A stretch of 64,000 bases of DNA, from assembly GCA_003167365.1 (NCBI GenBank), contig PMTM01000013.1, positions 122,667-186,666 on the forward strand, read 5' to 3'. Made by a program: the position numbers and the translations under genes. The stretch comes from Spartobacteria bacterium. Its GTDB lineage: Bacteria > Verrucomicrobiota > Verrucomicrobiia > Chthoniobacterales > UBA10450. Shown here one piece after another: positions 1 through 8,499 of the stretch; positions within the stretch are counted from its first letter, which is position 1, and each line of letters opens with the position of its first letter. The notes below the pieces were generated by a model. It was given only the letters and a program-made list of their open reading frames with translations. It did no database searches and was not told where the DNA came from.

Positions 1-279
1 GCTCACCGGCGTGGCGTACAAATCCGACATCCAATTCTTGACGTCCTTGGTCCCGCGGAAAGCGATCACGGCAAACTCGGCGCAACCGGCGGCGATAGCG
101 AAGACGTCTTCGTTAAAATGTTTGCTCAAGTCAATCCAGCGAAATGCGGTGAACTTGAGTTCGCCAATTGTAATGCTTTCCGCTTCGGCCTCGTCTGAAT
201 AAGCAGCAGCACTAAGCCGGGCAAGCAACAGAGCGTTCTTCGCACTGAACCTGGTGGTCTGCGCATCGAAATCCGGCAT
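1..279 (-). CDS. Partial CDS (first 93 codons; continues beyond window start): class-3 lipase-like alpha/beta hydrolase
   Basis: Absent from the ORF track because no stop lies in the window. Reverse-strand ATG at 279-277 is open to position 1. Translation MPDFDAQTTRFSAKNALLLARLSAAAYSDE...EFAVIAFRGTKDVKNWMSDLYATP carries the AFRGT-x5-W-x2-D signature that precedes the nucleophile elbow in Lipase_3 proteins. Confidence 0.5.
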   Translation of the reverse strand, partial: MPDFDAQTTRFSAKNALLLARLSAAAYSDEAEAESITIGELKFTAFRWIDLSKHFNEDVFAIAAGCAEFAVIAFRGTKDVKNWMSDLYATPVS

Positions 280-394
280 GGCTGCAAATTCCAACAGAGC
301 GGCGCTTTTTTGTCTATCGGGGACGGAACCTGAATTTTTTCGACAACTTTGACTGGCAGTTTTCGTAGGAAATTGCTGAATAGATCTACTTCAT

Positions 395-1219
395 ATGCAT
401 CCACGGCCAAGAGCACGACTGTTCGGTAATGATTTCATGCGGGAAAACACGGAAAACTCGCCGGCTAATTCGCTGCTGTGTTTGCAGGGTCAGTCCCCGA
501 CAGACTCCTCAAACACCGCTCGTGTCCTTATCGTGCATGGCTTGCCGGTTACGCGCTTCGGACTGGTTACGCTCATCGTCGCGAGCGGACGTTTCCAGGT
601 TTGCGCCGAAACTGGCGACGTCCCGACGGCCCGGGACCTTTTCGTTCAACACCGGCCCGAACTGGTCGTCCTTGGTCTTACCCTGCATGGTGGCGACGGT
701 ATCGAGTTAATTAAAGATTTCCGGAAACTAAATCCGGCAGCGCGCTCATTGGTCCTCACGGCTCGCGACGACGCGTTGTCCATGCAACGTGCTTTTCGCG
801 CCGGCGCGGGTGGGTATCTGGTCGTGCATGACGACATGCTGGAGATATTGACGGCGCTCGATCAAGTTTTGGCGGGCGAACTCTACGCGAGCAGGAGTGT
901 GTTGCAGCGCCTCCTCAAAAATCTTACGCAGAACAAGATTCAGCCAGATCGATGTAGCATAGCGATACTTAGTGACCGAGAACTACAGGTTTTTTCACTG
1001 ATCGGGCGCGGCTTCGGCGCGACGCGTCTGGCGCGCGAGTTGCACTTGAGCGTGAAGACAATCGAGACGCATCAAACCCGAATTAAACAAAAGCTTGAAT
1101 TGCGAAACGCATCGGAATTGGCCGAAAAAGCAACTGAATGGATGCTCGCTTCCGTCCGCCGAAATCTGCAAGCGCGGCGAGATGGGATTTTCAAGAACGG
1201 CCATTCGCAATCACGATAG
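395..1219 (+). CDS. NarL/FixJ (LuxR-type HTH) family regulator with a degenerate receiver domain
   Basis: C-terminal GerE/LuxR HTH (LSDRELQVFSLIGRGFGATRLARELHLSVKTIETHQTRIKQKL). The N-terminal receiver-like fold (VLIVHGLPVTRFGL...ELVVLGLTLHGGDG...LVLTAR...GYLVVH) lacks the acidic pocket, the phospho-acceptor Asp and the conserved Lys. The start could be ATG 395 or ATG 437. Confidence 0.85.
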   Translation: MHPRPRARLFGNDFMRENTENSPANSLLCLQGQSPTDSSNTARVLIVHGLPVTRFGLVTLIVASGRFQVCAETGDVPTARDLFVQHRPELVVLGLTLHGGDGIELIKDFRKLNPAARSLVLTARDDALSMQRAFRAGAGGYLVVHDDMLEILTALDQVLAGELYASRSVLQRLLKNLTQNKIQPDRCSIAILSDRELQVFSLIGRGFGATRLARELHLSVKTIETHQTRIKQKLELRNASELAEKATEWMLASVRRNLQARRDGIFKNGHSQSR

Positions 1220-1293
1220 CTGCCGCCGGAAAGCAACTGCCAGCACCACCGCGAAGTAATTGACGTTACCGGGAGCGGCGGCGAACTTAGCCG

Positions 1294-2511
1294 ATGATTG
1301 CGGAGGTGGCGGAAGCGTTGCAGTTCGACACGGTTGACGATGTCGTGAATGACATTCGGGCCGGGCGCATGGTCATTGTCACCGACGACGCCGATCGCGA
1401 GAACGAAGGCGACCTGGTCATGGCGGCGGAAAAAGTGACGCCGGACGCGATCAATTTTATGACTAAGCACGGCCGCGGCTTGATTTGCGTGCCGATTTCG
1501 AATGAGCGGGCCGAGCAACTCGGTCTGCAGCGCATGGTGGCGCAGAACCGCGAGATGTATCGCACCGATTTCACCGTCTCGGTGGACGCGGCGCATGGCG
1601 TCACCACCGGCATCAGCGCGCATGATCGCGCGGCGACGATTCAAATCCTGGCCAATCCGAAATCAATGCCGAACGATCTCGTGCAACCAGGCCACATTTT
1701 CCCGTTGCGCGCGAAAGACGGGGGCGTGCTGCGGCGTACGGGACACACGGAAGCGACGGTCGATCTCGCGCGCATGGCCGGATTGCAACCAGCCGGAGTT
1801 CTTTGCGAAATTTTATACGACGACGGCACCATGGCGCGTTTGCCGGAGTTGATGGAGTTCCGTAAGAAACATGGGCTGCGCATTTGCACGATCCAAAGCT
1901 TGGTCGCGCACCGGCGCGTGCGCGAAAAACTGGTCGAGGCGGAGCAAGTGGTGAAGTTGCCGACCGATTACGGCGATTTCGATCTCCATCTTTACCGTTC
2001 GAAACTCGATGGCGCTCATCATCTCGCGCTGGTGAAAGGCAAGATCGAACAGGACAAGCCGACCCTCGTGCGCGTGCACAGCGAATGTCTTACCGGCGAC
2101 GTCTTTGGATCGCGCCGGTGCGATTGTGGAAATCAATTGCACGCGGCCTTGCAGCAAATTTCCGACGAAGGCAACGGCGTGCTTATTTATATGCGGCAGG
2201 AAGGACGAGGCATTGGTCTGGCGGCAAAGATTCACGCTTACAAATTGCAGGAGGAAGGTCTCGATACGGTGGAGGCGAATACCAAACTCGGTTTCGCCAC
2301 CGATCTGCGCGATTACGGCCTGGGCGCACAAATCCTGTTCGATCTCGGCGTGCGCAAGTTCCGTTTCCTAACCAACAATCCCAAGAAGGTGGTCGGTCTC
2401 GAGGGTTACGGAATTCAAATGGTCGAGCAGGTGCCGATTCGGACGGAAGCGAATCCGCACAACGCGAAATACCTCGAAACCAAAAGAGTGAAGATGGGCC
2501 ACAGCCTCTAG
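1294..2511 (+). CDS. ribBA: Bifunctional 3,4-dihydroxy-2-butanone-4-phosphate synthase / GTP cyclohydrolase II
   Basis: N-terminal half has the DHBP synthase motif (VTDDADRENEGDLVMAAE, HTEATVDL). C-terminal half has the GCH-II zinc motif (HSECLTGDVFGSRRCDCGNQL). Length 405 aa. ribH follows. Confidence 0.97.
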   Translation: MIAEVAEALQFDTVDDVVNDIRAGRMVIVTDDADRENEGDLVMAAEKVTPDAINFMTKHGRGLICVPISNERAEQLGLQRMVAQNREMYRTDFTVSVDAAHGVTTGISAHDRAATIQILANPKSMPNDLVQPGHIFPLRAKDGGVLRRTGHTEATVDLARMAGLQPAGVLCEILYDDGTMARLPELMEFRKKHGLRICTIQSLVAHRRVREKLVEAEQVVKLPTDYGDFDLHLYRSKLDGAHHLALVKGKIEQDKPTLVRVHSECLTGDVFGSRRCDCGNQLHAALQQISDEGNGVLIYMRQEGRGIGLAAKIHAYKLQEEGLDTVEANTKLGFATDLRDYGLGAQILFDLGVRKFRFLTNNPKKVVGLEGYGIQMVEQVPIRTEANPHNAKYLETKRVKMGHSL

Positions 2512-2554
2512 CTGCTGCCCAAAGGCGTTTGTCGATCTTTCATTAACGCGCGCG

Positions 2555-3031
2555 ATGTCTAACCTGATTCCGCCTCGTCGCCGCATCATCGCGGCTAGAC
2601 GTCAGTTCGCCATCGTGGCGAGTCAATTTAATGCTGAGTACGTGCAAGGTTTGGTCGATCACACGACCAGCGAGCTGCGAAAACTTTCGCCTCATTCCAC
2701 GGTTACAATCCATCAGGTCCCGGGCGCTTTTGAAATCCCGATCGTGGTGCGCGAGCTCGCCGCGCAAAAGAAAGCGGACGCGATCATCGCGGCCGGCGTG
2801 ATTTTACAGGGGAAAACCAATCATGCTGAGAATCTCAGCCGCTCGGTCACGGACGCGTTGCAGCGCATCGCCGTCGATTACGCCGTGCCCGTGATCAACG
2901 TCGTGCTCAGTCTCAACAACGAAGGAGAAGCGCGCGAGCGCTGCCTGGAAGATAAAATCAATCGTGGAACGGAAGCGGCGCGGGCCGCCCTCGAAATCAC
3001 AAACGTTATGGCGGCGTTGCGCGTTAAATAA
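2555..3031 (+). CDS. ribH: 6,7-dimethyl-8-ribityllumazine synthase
   Basis: 158 aa with VPGAFEIP and the G(K)TNH motif typical of lumazine synthase. Sits in the conserved ribBA-ribH-nusB order. Confidence 0.95.
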   Translation: MSNLIPPRRRIIAARRQFAIVASQFNAEYVQGLVDHTTSELRKLSPHSTVTIHQVPGAFEIPIVVRELAAQKKADAIIAAGVILQGKTNHAENLSRSVTDALQRIAVDYAVPVINVVLSLNNEGEARERCLEDKINRGTEAARAALEITNVMAALRVK

Positions 3032-3033
3032 TC

Positions 3034-3486
3034 ATGGGCAAACGACGCAAAGCACGCGAGGCCGCGGTGCAATATCATTTTTGGCGCGATCTCCAGCACG
3101 GCGAGACGCCCGAACACATCGACGATTTCTGGGCATTTTGTCCGGTCAAACCGAACGTGCGCGAGTTCGCGCAACCGATCATCGAAGGAATGGTCGCGCA
3201 TTTGCCCGAGATCGACGATCGCATCCGAAAATATTGCGAGAACTACGAGTTCCACCGCATCGCGGCGGTCGATCGCAACATTCTCCGCCTCGCGATTTAT
3301 GAGATGCTTCATCGCGATGACATTCCGCCGGTCGTTTCAATCAACGAAGCGATCGAGCTGGCGAAGACTTTTGGTGGCGCGGATTCCGGGCGTTTCGTGA
3401 ACGGGATTCTCGATCGCGTGAAAGGCGATTTGAGTCGCCCGTTGCGCGAGGCAGCACCTTCGCCGGAAAAATCCGGACAGGATTGA
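3034..3486 (+). CDS. nusB: Transcription antitermination factor NusB
   Basis: 150 aa with REAAVQ..., VDRNILRLAIYEM and INEAIELAKTFGG..SGRFVNGILD motifs. Starts 3 nt after the ribH stop. Confidence 0.93.
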   Translation: MGKRRKAREAAVQYHFWRDLQHGETPEHIDDFWAFCPVKPNVREFAQPIIEGMVAHLPEIDDRIRKYCENYEFHRIAAVDRNILRLAIYEMLHRDDIPPVVSINEAIELAKTFGGADSGRFVNGILDRVKGDLSRPLREAAPSPEKSGQD

Positions 3487-3563
3487 CGGGATTCAGCGGA
3501 TTAAAAACAGGCAACCGCAAGGAGTCCCTTCTCAAATCCTACTCATCCTGTAAATCCTGTCCG
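3472..3563. repeat. Imperfect long palindrome built from 9-nt-period GGATT units (gene-less version of the arms flanking the GxxExxY gene)
   Basis: Left arm is ccggACAGGATTGACGGGATTCAGCGGATT. The reverse complement of the right arm is ccggACAGGATTTACAGGATGAGTAGGATT. The spacer is about 30 nt. The left arm overlaps the nusB stop and the right arm ends 6 nt before the ftsY ATG. Confidence 0.6.
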
Positions 3564-3568
3564 GATCG

Positions 3569-4417
3569 ATGAAATTCTTTGAAACACTGGCACAAACATT
3601 CGCCGTCAAACCGATCGACTGGGACGAGTTGGAAGAAGCTCTCATTCGCGCTGACCTGGGCGTGCCGGTTACGGCGCGGATTCTGAAGAAATTGCAAGAG
3701 CGCGAAGCCTGGTCGGTCCTCGGCATCAGCGACGTTGTCAAAGTCGCGCGCGAAGAATTGCTGCTCATTCTCCCGACCGAGCCGCAACCAATTCTACCGC
3801 TGCAAGGAAAACCGAAAACCATTTTGATCGTCGGCGTGAACGGCACGGGCAAGACAACATCGACCGCGAAACTCGCGCGCTATTTGCAGCAAGATCGACA
3901 TACTGCCTTGCTCGCGGCGGCCGACACATTTCGCGCCGCGGCGATCGAGCAGCTCGGAGTTTGGGCCGAACGCATCGGGGTTGAAATGATTCGTGGCCAA
4001 TACAACGCCGACCCGGCCGCGCTTTGCTACGAAGCGTATCAAGCGGCAGCAAAACGCCAGGTCGACTTCCTTTTGTGCGACACCGCCGGCCGTTTGCACA
4101 CCAAAGCGAACTTGATGGCTGAGCTGAACAAAATGAAACGGAGTCTGGCCAAGCACGATCCGGAAGCGCCGCACGAAACTTTGCTTGTGATCGACGCGAC
4201 GACTGGGAGTAACGCGCTCAGCCAGGCGCGGGAATTTCATCAAGCAATCGGGTTGACCGGTTTGATCGTGACCAAACTCGATGGCAGCGGAAAAGGCGGC
4301 ATTGTTGTCGCTATTCAGGAAGAACTGGGAATTCCAACGCGCTTTATCGGCACGGGAGAGAAATTGGAAGACTTCAAGGAATTCAACGCCCGCGATTTCA
4401 TCGCGGACATGTTATAG
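3569..4417 (+). CDS. ftsY: Signal recognition particle receptor FtsY (NG domain only, no acidic A domain)
   Basis: SRP-GTPase motifs GVNGTGKTTS (G1), DTAGR (G3), TKLDGSGKGG (G4). Length 282 aa. Confidence 0.95.
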   Translation: MKFFETLAQTFAVKPIDWDELEEALIRADLGVPVTARILKKLQEREAWSVLGISDVVKVAREELLLILPTEPQPILPLQGKPKTILIVGVNGTGKTTSTAKLARYLQQDRHTALLAAADTFRAAAIEQLGVWAERIGVEMIRGQYNADPAALCYEAYQAAAKRQVDFLLCDTAGRLHTKANLMAELNKMKRSLAKHDPEAPHETLLVIDATTGSNALSQAREFHQAIGLTGLIVTKLDGSGKGGIVVAIQEELGIPTRFIGTGEKLEDFKEFNARDFIADML

Positions 4418-4424
4418 CTGAACC

Positions 4425-5915
4425 GTGGCCGATCCGACCAAGCAAAGCTTCACGCCGGAGGACAGCATCGCGCCGGTGGAAATGAACGGTCTGCACGGAT
4501 TTATCTCGAAGTTCACGGTGCTGAAAGGCGCGCAACGCGAGTTGTGGCTCACTTTCCTGATCAAGTTCCTCCTCTACACAGCTTACTCGATCACGAACAA
4601 GACGATGGTCCTCTGGCTGTCGAAGGACCTTGGCTTCAGCGACCAGGCAGCCGGCGCGCTCGTCGGCTGGTTCTGGGCGCCGAGCATGACGGTATTCACA
4701 CTCCTCGCGGGTTCGCTCACGGACGCGATCGGACTTCGCCGAACTTTCTTTCTCGGTGTCGGCATTTGCACGATTGCGCGCAGCGTAATGGCGGTGACCA
4801 CCATTCCCTGGCTTGCGCTCGCATGTGGCGTTCTCCCCCTCGCCGTTGGTGAAGCCCTTGGCACTCCCGTTCTGCTCGCCGCGACGCGGCGTTACTCCAC
4901 TATTCGGCAACGCTCGATGTCGTTTTCTATCATCTACATGATAATGAACATCGGTTACGTCACCGCGGGATGGATCTTTGATTACATTCGAAAACTCGAT
5001 CTTCATTTCAACTTTTTCGGACTCGATCCAACTCCGCACCAGCAGCTTTTCCTCGTCAGCCTCGCTTTTGAGATCCTGATTTTTCCTGCAATCTACTTCC
5101 TCCGGCGCGACGAAGACTCGGCCACTTTCTCAGCCCACGCGCAACGCGCCGGCAATTTCGTGGCTCGCATTGCCGCGACGGTCCAGCAAAGCGCGGCCGA
5201 CACGCTCCATCTGTTTCGACGTTTGTTTGGTCAATCCGCATTCTTCCGCATTCTGGTCTTCTTTCTTCTGATCGGATTTCTAAAGGCGATCTTTCTGCAA
5301 ATGGATTACGTCTTTCCAAAATTCGGCGATCGTGAACTCGGTCTGCACGCGCCCGTCGGGAAGCTCGCCAACATCAACGCCATTCTGATCATTCTCCTAG
5401 TGCCCACCATCGGTGCTCTGACCCAGCGGTTCGCGGCCTACCGAATGGTGATCATCGGTGGAGCAATTTGCGCGGCGGGAGTATTTATCATGGCTCTGCC
5501 TACGCAGTGGTTCGTGTCCGCGGCGAACAGCGCGGTCGGACAATGGCTCGGGCATGGCTATCTCGGATTGCAGGGAAGCGTGCACCCCTATTACATCATG
5601 GCCGCGCTCTATCTCGCAGTCTTCTCGGTGGGCGAAGCCTTCTATTCGCCGCGCGTTTACGAATATGCCGCCGCCATCGCACCGAAAGGCCAGGAGGCTT
5701 CGTACGGCGCGCTGGCGTATCTTCCATTTCTTGTCGGCAAATTGCTCGTCGGCACATCGGGCTGGATCCTGGCAACGTTTTGCCCCGCGACCGGCCCGCG
5801 GCGCTCCGGAACAATGTGGCTGATCTTTGCCTTGGCGGCATCGATCGCTCCGATTGGGTTGCTGGTGTTCCGTCGCTATATTCGCGTGCCCGAGGCGGAC
5901 CGGCAGGATCTTTAG
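4425..5915 (+). CDS. Major facilitator superfamily transporter
   Basis: 496 aa with about 12 predicted hydrophobic helices and an MFS loop-2/3-like motif ([13 protein letters not shown]). GTG start 8 nt after the ftsY stop. Confidence 0.85.
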   Translation: MADPTKQSFTPEDSIAPVEMNGLHGFISKFTVLKGAQRELWLTFLIKFLLYTAYSITNKTMVLWLSKDLGFSDQAAGALVGWFWAPSMTVFTLLAGSLTDAIGLRRTFFLGVGICTIARSVMAVTTIPWLALACGVLPLAVGEALGTPVLLAATRRYSTIRQRSMSFSIIYMIMNIGYVTAGWIFDYIRKLDLHFNFFGLDPTPHQQLFLVSLAFEILIFPAIYFLRRDEDSATFSAHAQRAGNFVARIAATVQQSAADTLHLFRRLFGQSAFFRILVFFLLIGFLKAIFLQMDYVFPKFGDRELGLHAPVGKLANINAILIILLVPTIGALTQRFAAYRMVIIGGAICAAGVFIMALPTQWFVSAANSAVGQWLGHGYLGLQGSVHPYYIMAALYLAVFSVGEAFYSPRVYEYAAAIAPKGQEASYGALAYLPFLVGKLLVGTSGWILATFCPATGPRRSGTMWLIFALAASIAPIGLLVFRRYIRVPEADRQDL

Positions 5916-5983
5916 CGTATTCGCCACCAACTGGCGCAGCCAAATTCCGCTGTTGCCGTCAACAATTCGGCGTATTTTTACGC

Positions 5984-6610
5984 ATGATTGAACTGCCGCA
6001 ACGGCCGCAACGCGGATCGCGCACGATGCTCGTTTTCGCCGCGATTGTTTTCGTTTCTTTGAGCGGCGTTCTGATGTTTTTGAATCGCGCGGGCGCGCAA
6101 AAGAAAGAAGAGCCCGCGGCCCAGCCCACACCCACACCTATGACCAGTCCATCACAGAGTAATACTGACGCCAAGAAGTCCGACGAAGATCTCAAGAAAA
6201 AACTCACGCCCGAGCAGTATCGCGTCACGCAAATGTGCGGGACTGAGCCGGCCTTTCACAATGAGTATTGGGACAATCATCGCGCCGGGATTTATGTCGA
6301 TGTTGTCAGCGGCGAGCCGCTCTTCACTTCCATGGACAAATTCGACAGCGGCTCCGGCTGGCCGAGTTTTACCAAACCGATCGAGAAGAAGAACGTTGCC
6401 GAAAAAACGGACCGGACATTCGGAATGGAACGCACCGAGGTTCGTTCCAGCAAAGGCAACTCACATCTCGGGCATTTGTTCGACGATGGCCCGGCCCCGA
6501 CCGGACAGCGTTACTGCATTAATTCCGCGTCGTTGCGATTCATTCCGGTCGAGAAATTGAAGGAAGCGGGCTACGCCGAGTTTCTGCCGCTTTTCGAAAA
6601 GAAGAAGTAA
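5984..6610 (+). CDS. msrB: Peptide-methionine (R)-S-oxide reductase MsrB with N-terminal membrane anchor
   Basis: SelR/MsrB core: [34 protein letters not shown], and the catalytic motif RYCINSASL. An N-terminal hydrophobic helix ([19 protein letters not shown]) is followed by a Pro/Thr linker. The track ORF 5468-6610 is trimmed to the first ATG downstream of the MFS gene. Confidence 0.9.
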   Translation: MIELPQRPQRGSRTMLVFAAIVFVSLSGVLMFLNRAGAQKKEEPAAQPTPTPMTSPSQSNTDAKKSDEDLKKKLTPEQYRVTQMCGTEPAFHNEYWDNHRAGIYVDVVSGEPLFTSMDKFDSGSGWPSFTKPIEKKNVAEKTDRTFGMERTEVRSSKGNSHLGHLFDDGPAPTGQRYCINSASLRFIPVEKLKEAGYAEFLPLFEKKK

Positions 6611-6672
6611 GCGCGTCTCGGCCAACGGAAGTTCTGGTGCTTGAGAAAGGTTTTTCTTAAACTTTTCTCCTA

Positions 6673-7260
6673 ATGACTAGAATCCAGCACGCTCCAGGAA
6701 CATCATCCCATTTGACCCTTTGGCTTGGATTGCTCGGCGTCGTCGTGGTGGGGGCGATAGTTTTCTTCATCCAGGCTCGAGAGCCGAAGCAACTGACTGG
6801 GGAGGCCGCGTATTTGAAACCGGTTCCGAGCGAGGCCAAGCTGCGGTCCCGTTTAAGCAAGGAACAATATCATGTCATGCGAGAAAACGGGACCGAGCCT
6901 CTGTTTCATAATCAGTATTTCGAAAACCAAAGTCCCGGTCTTTACGTCGATTTTATTACCGGCGAACCGCTCTTTAGTTCGGTGGACAAATTCGACGGGG
7001 GAACCGGTCTGCCCAGCTTTACCAAACCGCTTTCAAAAGATCACGTGGTCCTAAAGCGCGATAGTTCCTTCGGAATGGAACGAATCGAAATTCGCGCGAG
7101 CAAAAGCGACTCGCATCTGGGCCATTTTTTTACTGACGGCCCGGCGCCGACGCACGAGCGCTATACCGTCAACTCGGCCGCGCTCCATTTTGTTCCGGTC
7201 GAGAAATTGCAAAAAGAAGGCTACGGCGAATTTCTCCAACTTTTTGAAGAAAAGAAGTAA
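6673..7260 (+). CDS. MsrB-like paralogue, membrane anchored, without any cysteine (probable pseudo-enzyme)
   Basis: Same fold and motifs as the upstream copy (GLYVDFITGEPLF, HLGHFFTDGP). The catalytic motif reads RYTVNSAAL (Cys replaced by Thr, codon acc) and GWPSF reads GLPSF. The 195-aa product has no Cys. Confidence 0.85.
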   Translation: MTRIQHAPGTSSHLTLWLGLLGVVVVGAIVFFIQAREPKQLTGEAAYLKPVPSEAKLRSRLSKEQYHVMRENGTEPLFHNQYFENQSPGLYVDFITGEPLFSSVDKFDGGTGLPSFTKPLSKDHVVLKRDSSFGMERIEIRASKSDSHLGHFFTDGPAPTHERYTVNSAALHFVPVEKLQKEGYGEFLQLFEEKK

Positions 7261-7281
7261 GCGCGCTGCTCGGCGTTGGGG

Positions 7282-7340
7282 GTAGAGGCGCTTGCCGCGG
7301 CGAGCGTGGGGAAATTGCGGCTGAGGACAGCCACTATACA
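7282..7340. repeat. REP-like double-hairpin element (TGTAG-GGCG...CCACTACA family)
   Basis: GTAGAGGCGCTTGCCGCGGCGAGC...GCGGCTGAGGACAGCCACTATACA. Same architecture as 57883-57956, with a single arm at 19651-19674. Confidence 0.6.
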
Positions 7341-7362
7341 ATATTCGTTGCGAGCTAACGCT

Positions 7363-7495
7363 GTCATCCCGAGTCCGCCTGAGGCGGATGAGGGACCTCA
7401 CCTAAGCTCATGGCGTCACGCAAATTGTTTGTGTAATCATCGATTCTTTGTGGGGTCCCTCGCCGTCTTCGCGATTCAGGATGACACGCTAAACT
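7363..7495. mobile_element. MITE-like non-coding element, GTCATCCCGAG...GAGGGACCTC family (full copy)
   Basis: About 133 bp. Left end is GTCATCCCGAGTCCGCCTGAGGCGGATGAGGGACCTC. The right end is an inverted copy (GGGGTCCCTCGCCGTCTTCGCGATTCAGGATGAC). The ends nearly match those of 13994-14116 while the middle differs. Confidence 0.7.
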
Positions 7496-7557
7496 CTATC
7501 CCACGTGCAACGGCGTCACTCATTTGCTCGTGCCCGCCAAGCGTGAAATAGAAGAAG

Positions 7558-8499
7558 ATGTCGAAAAGCCCGGACAAATCTCATGAGACTTCCGCGCTCA
7601 TAGCCGCTATCGCCGCGTTCGGCACATGGGGATTGATTCCGATTTACTGGAAGCGGCTCGGCGCCGTTCCGGCGCCAGAAATTCTCGCGCATCGGTTCGT
7701 TTGGACGACTGCGTTCCTGTTTTGCCTTCTCACCTGGCAACGCCGTTGGCCGGAAGTGATGGCTTATGCGCGATCGCGCCGCGCGATGTTTTATTGCCTG
7801 GCTAGTGGTCTGTCGCTCTCAGGCAACTGGCTGTTGTTTATTTGGGCGGTAAACGCCGGCCGCGTCATTGAAACCAGCCTCGGTTATTTCATGACGCCGC
7901 TGGTGAACGTTCTCCTCGGCGCCGTTTTCTTGCGGGAACGTCTCACCCGTTTGCAACTTGTCTCTGTGCTGCTCGCCACCCTCGGCGTTTTGTATCTCAC
8001 ATTCGGATACGGACGTTTTCCGTGGGTCGCCATGACCTTGTGCACGACCTTTGGCCTTTACGGATTCCTGCGCAAGCGATCCGCCACCGCGGCCATCCCC
8101 GGCTTATTCTTCGAGACGACGCTGCTCCTTCCACTGGCGATCGTGTATCTCATTTTTCTGCGCTACAACGGCGGACTTATTTTCGGCAGCGCCGGATTGC
8201 GATTGTCGATCTTGTTGATCAGCACGGGCGTCGTCACCGCCGTGCCGCTGCTTTGGTTCGGGCACGCCGCGCGTCATCTTCGGCTCACCACCGTCGGCTT
8301 CCTGCAATATCTCTCGCCGAGTGGCTCATTCTTCCTCGGCGTCTTTCTCTATCACGAACCGTTTACGCGCGGTCATCTCATCACCTTTAGTTTGATTTGG
8401 GCCGCGCTCGCGATTTTCACTTGGGAGGCAATCACGCGCTGGCGCTCCAGTCGCGTGCGGCAAGTCTTCGAAGAATCCGTCTGCGAAACACCGGTGTAG
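7558..8499 (+). CDS. rarD: EamA/RarD-family (drug/metabolite exporter) membrane protein
   Basis: 313 aa, 10 hydrophobic helices arranged as two EamA halves. The N-terminus (AAFGTWGLIPIYWK) is typical of RarD. Confidence 0.88.
   Translation: MSKSPDKSHETSALIAAIAAFGTWGLIPIYWKRLGAVPAPEILAHRFVWTTAFLFCLLTWQRRWPEVMAYARSRRAMFYCLASGLSLSGNWLLFIWAVNAGRVIETSLGYFMTPLVNVLLGAVFLRERLTRLQLVSVLLATLGVLYLTFGYGRFPWVAMTLCTTFGLYGFLRKRSATAAIPGLFFETTLLLPLAIVYLIFLRYNGGLIFGSAGLRLSILLISTGVVTAVPLLWFGHAARHLRLTTVGFLQYLSPSGSFFLGVFLYHEPFTRGHLITFSLIWAALAIFTWEAITRWRSSRVRQVFEESVCETPV

Noticed and set aside
1220-1293. Possible FMN riboswitch upstream of ribBA.
   Set aside because: Only 74 nt are available between the regulator stop and the ribBA ATG, which is too short for an RFN element. 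I see no conserved RFN core sequences.
3569-4417. Short FtsY (no A domain), considered as a truncation or pseudogene.
   Set aside because: NG-only FtsY proteins of about 280-310 aa are normal in many phyla. All GTPase motifs are intact.
5468-5983. N-terminal 172-codon extension of the msrB ORF in the track.
   Set aside because: It overlaps the 3' end of the MFS gene in another frame, and its translation is Arg-rich nonsense. A proper ATG followed by a TM anchor lies at 5984.
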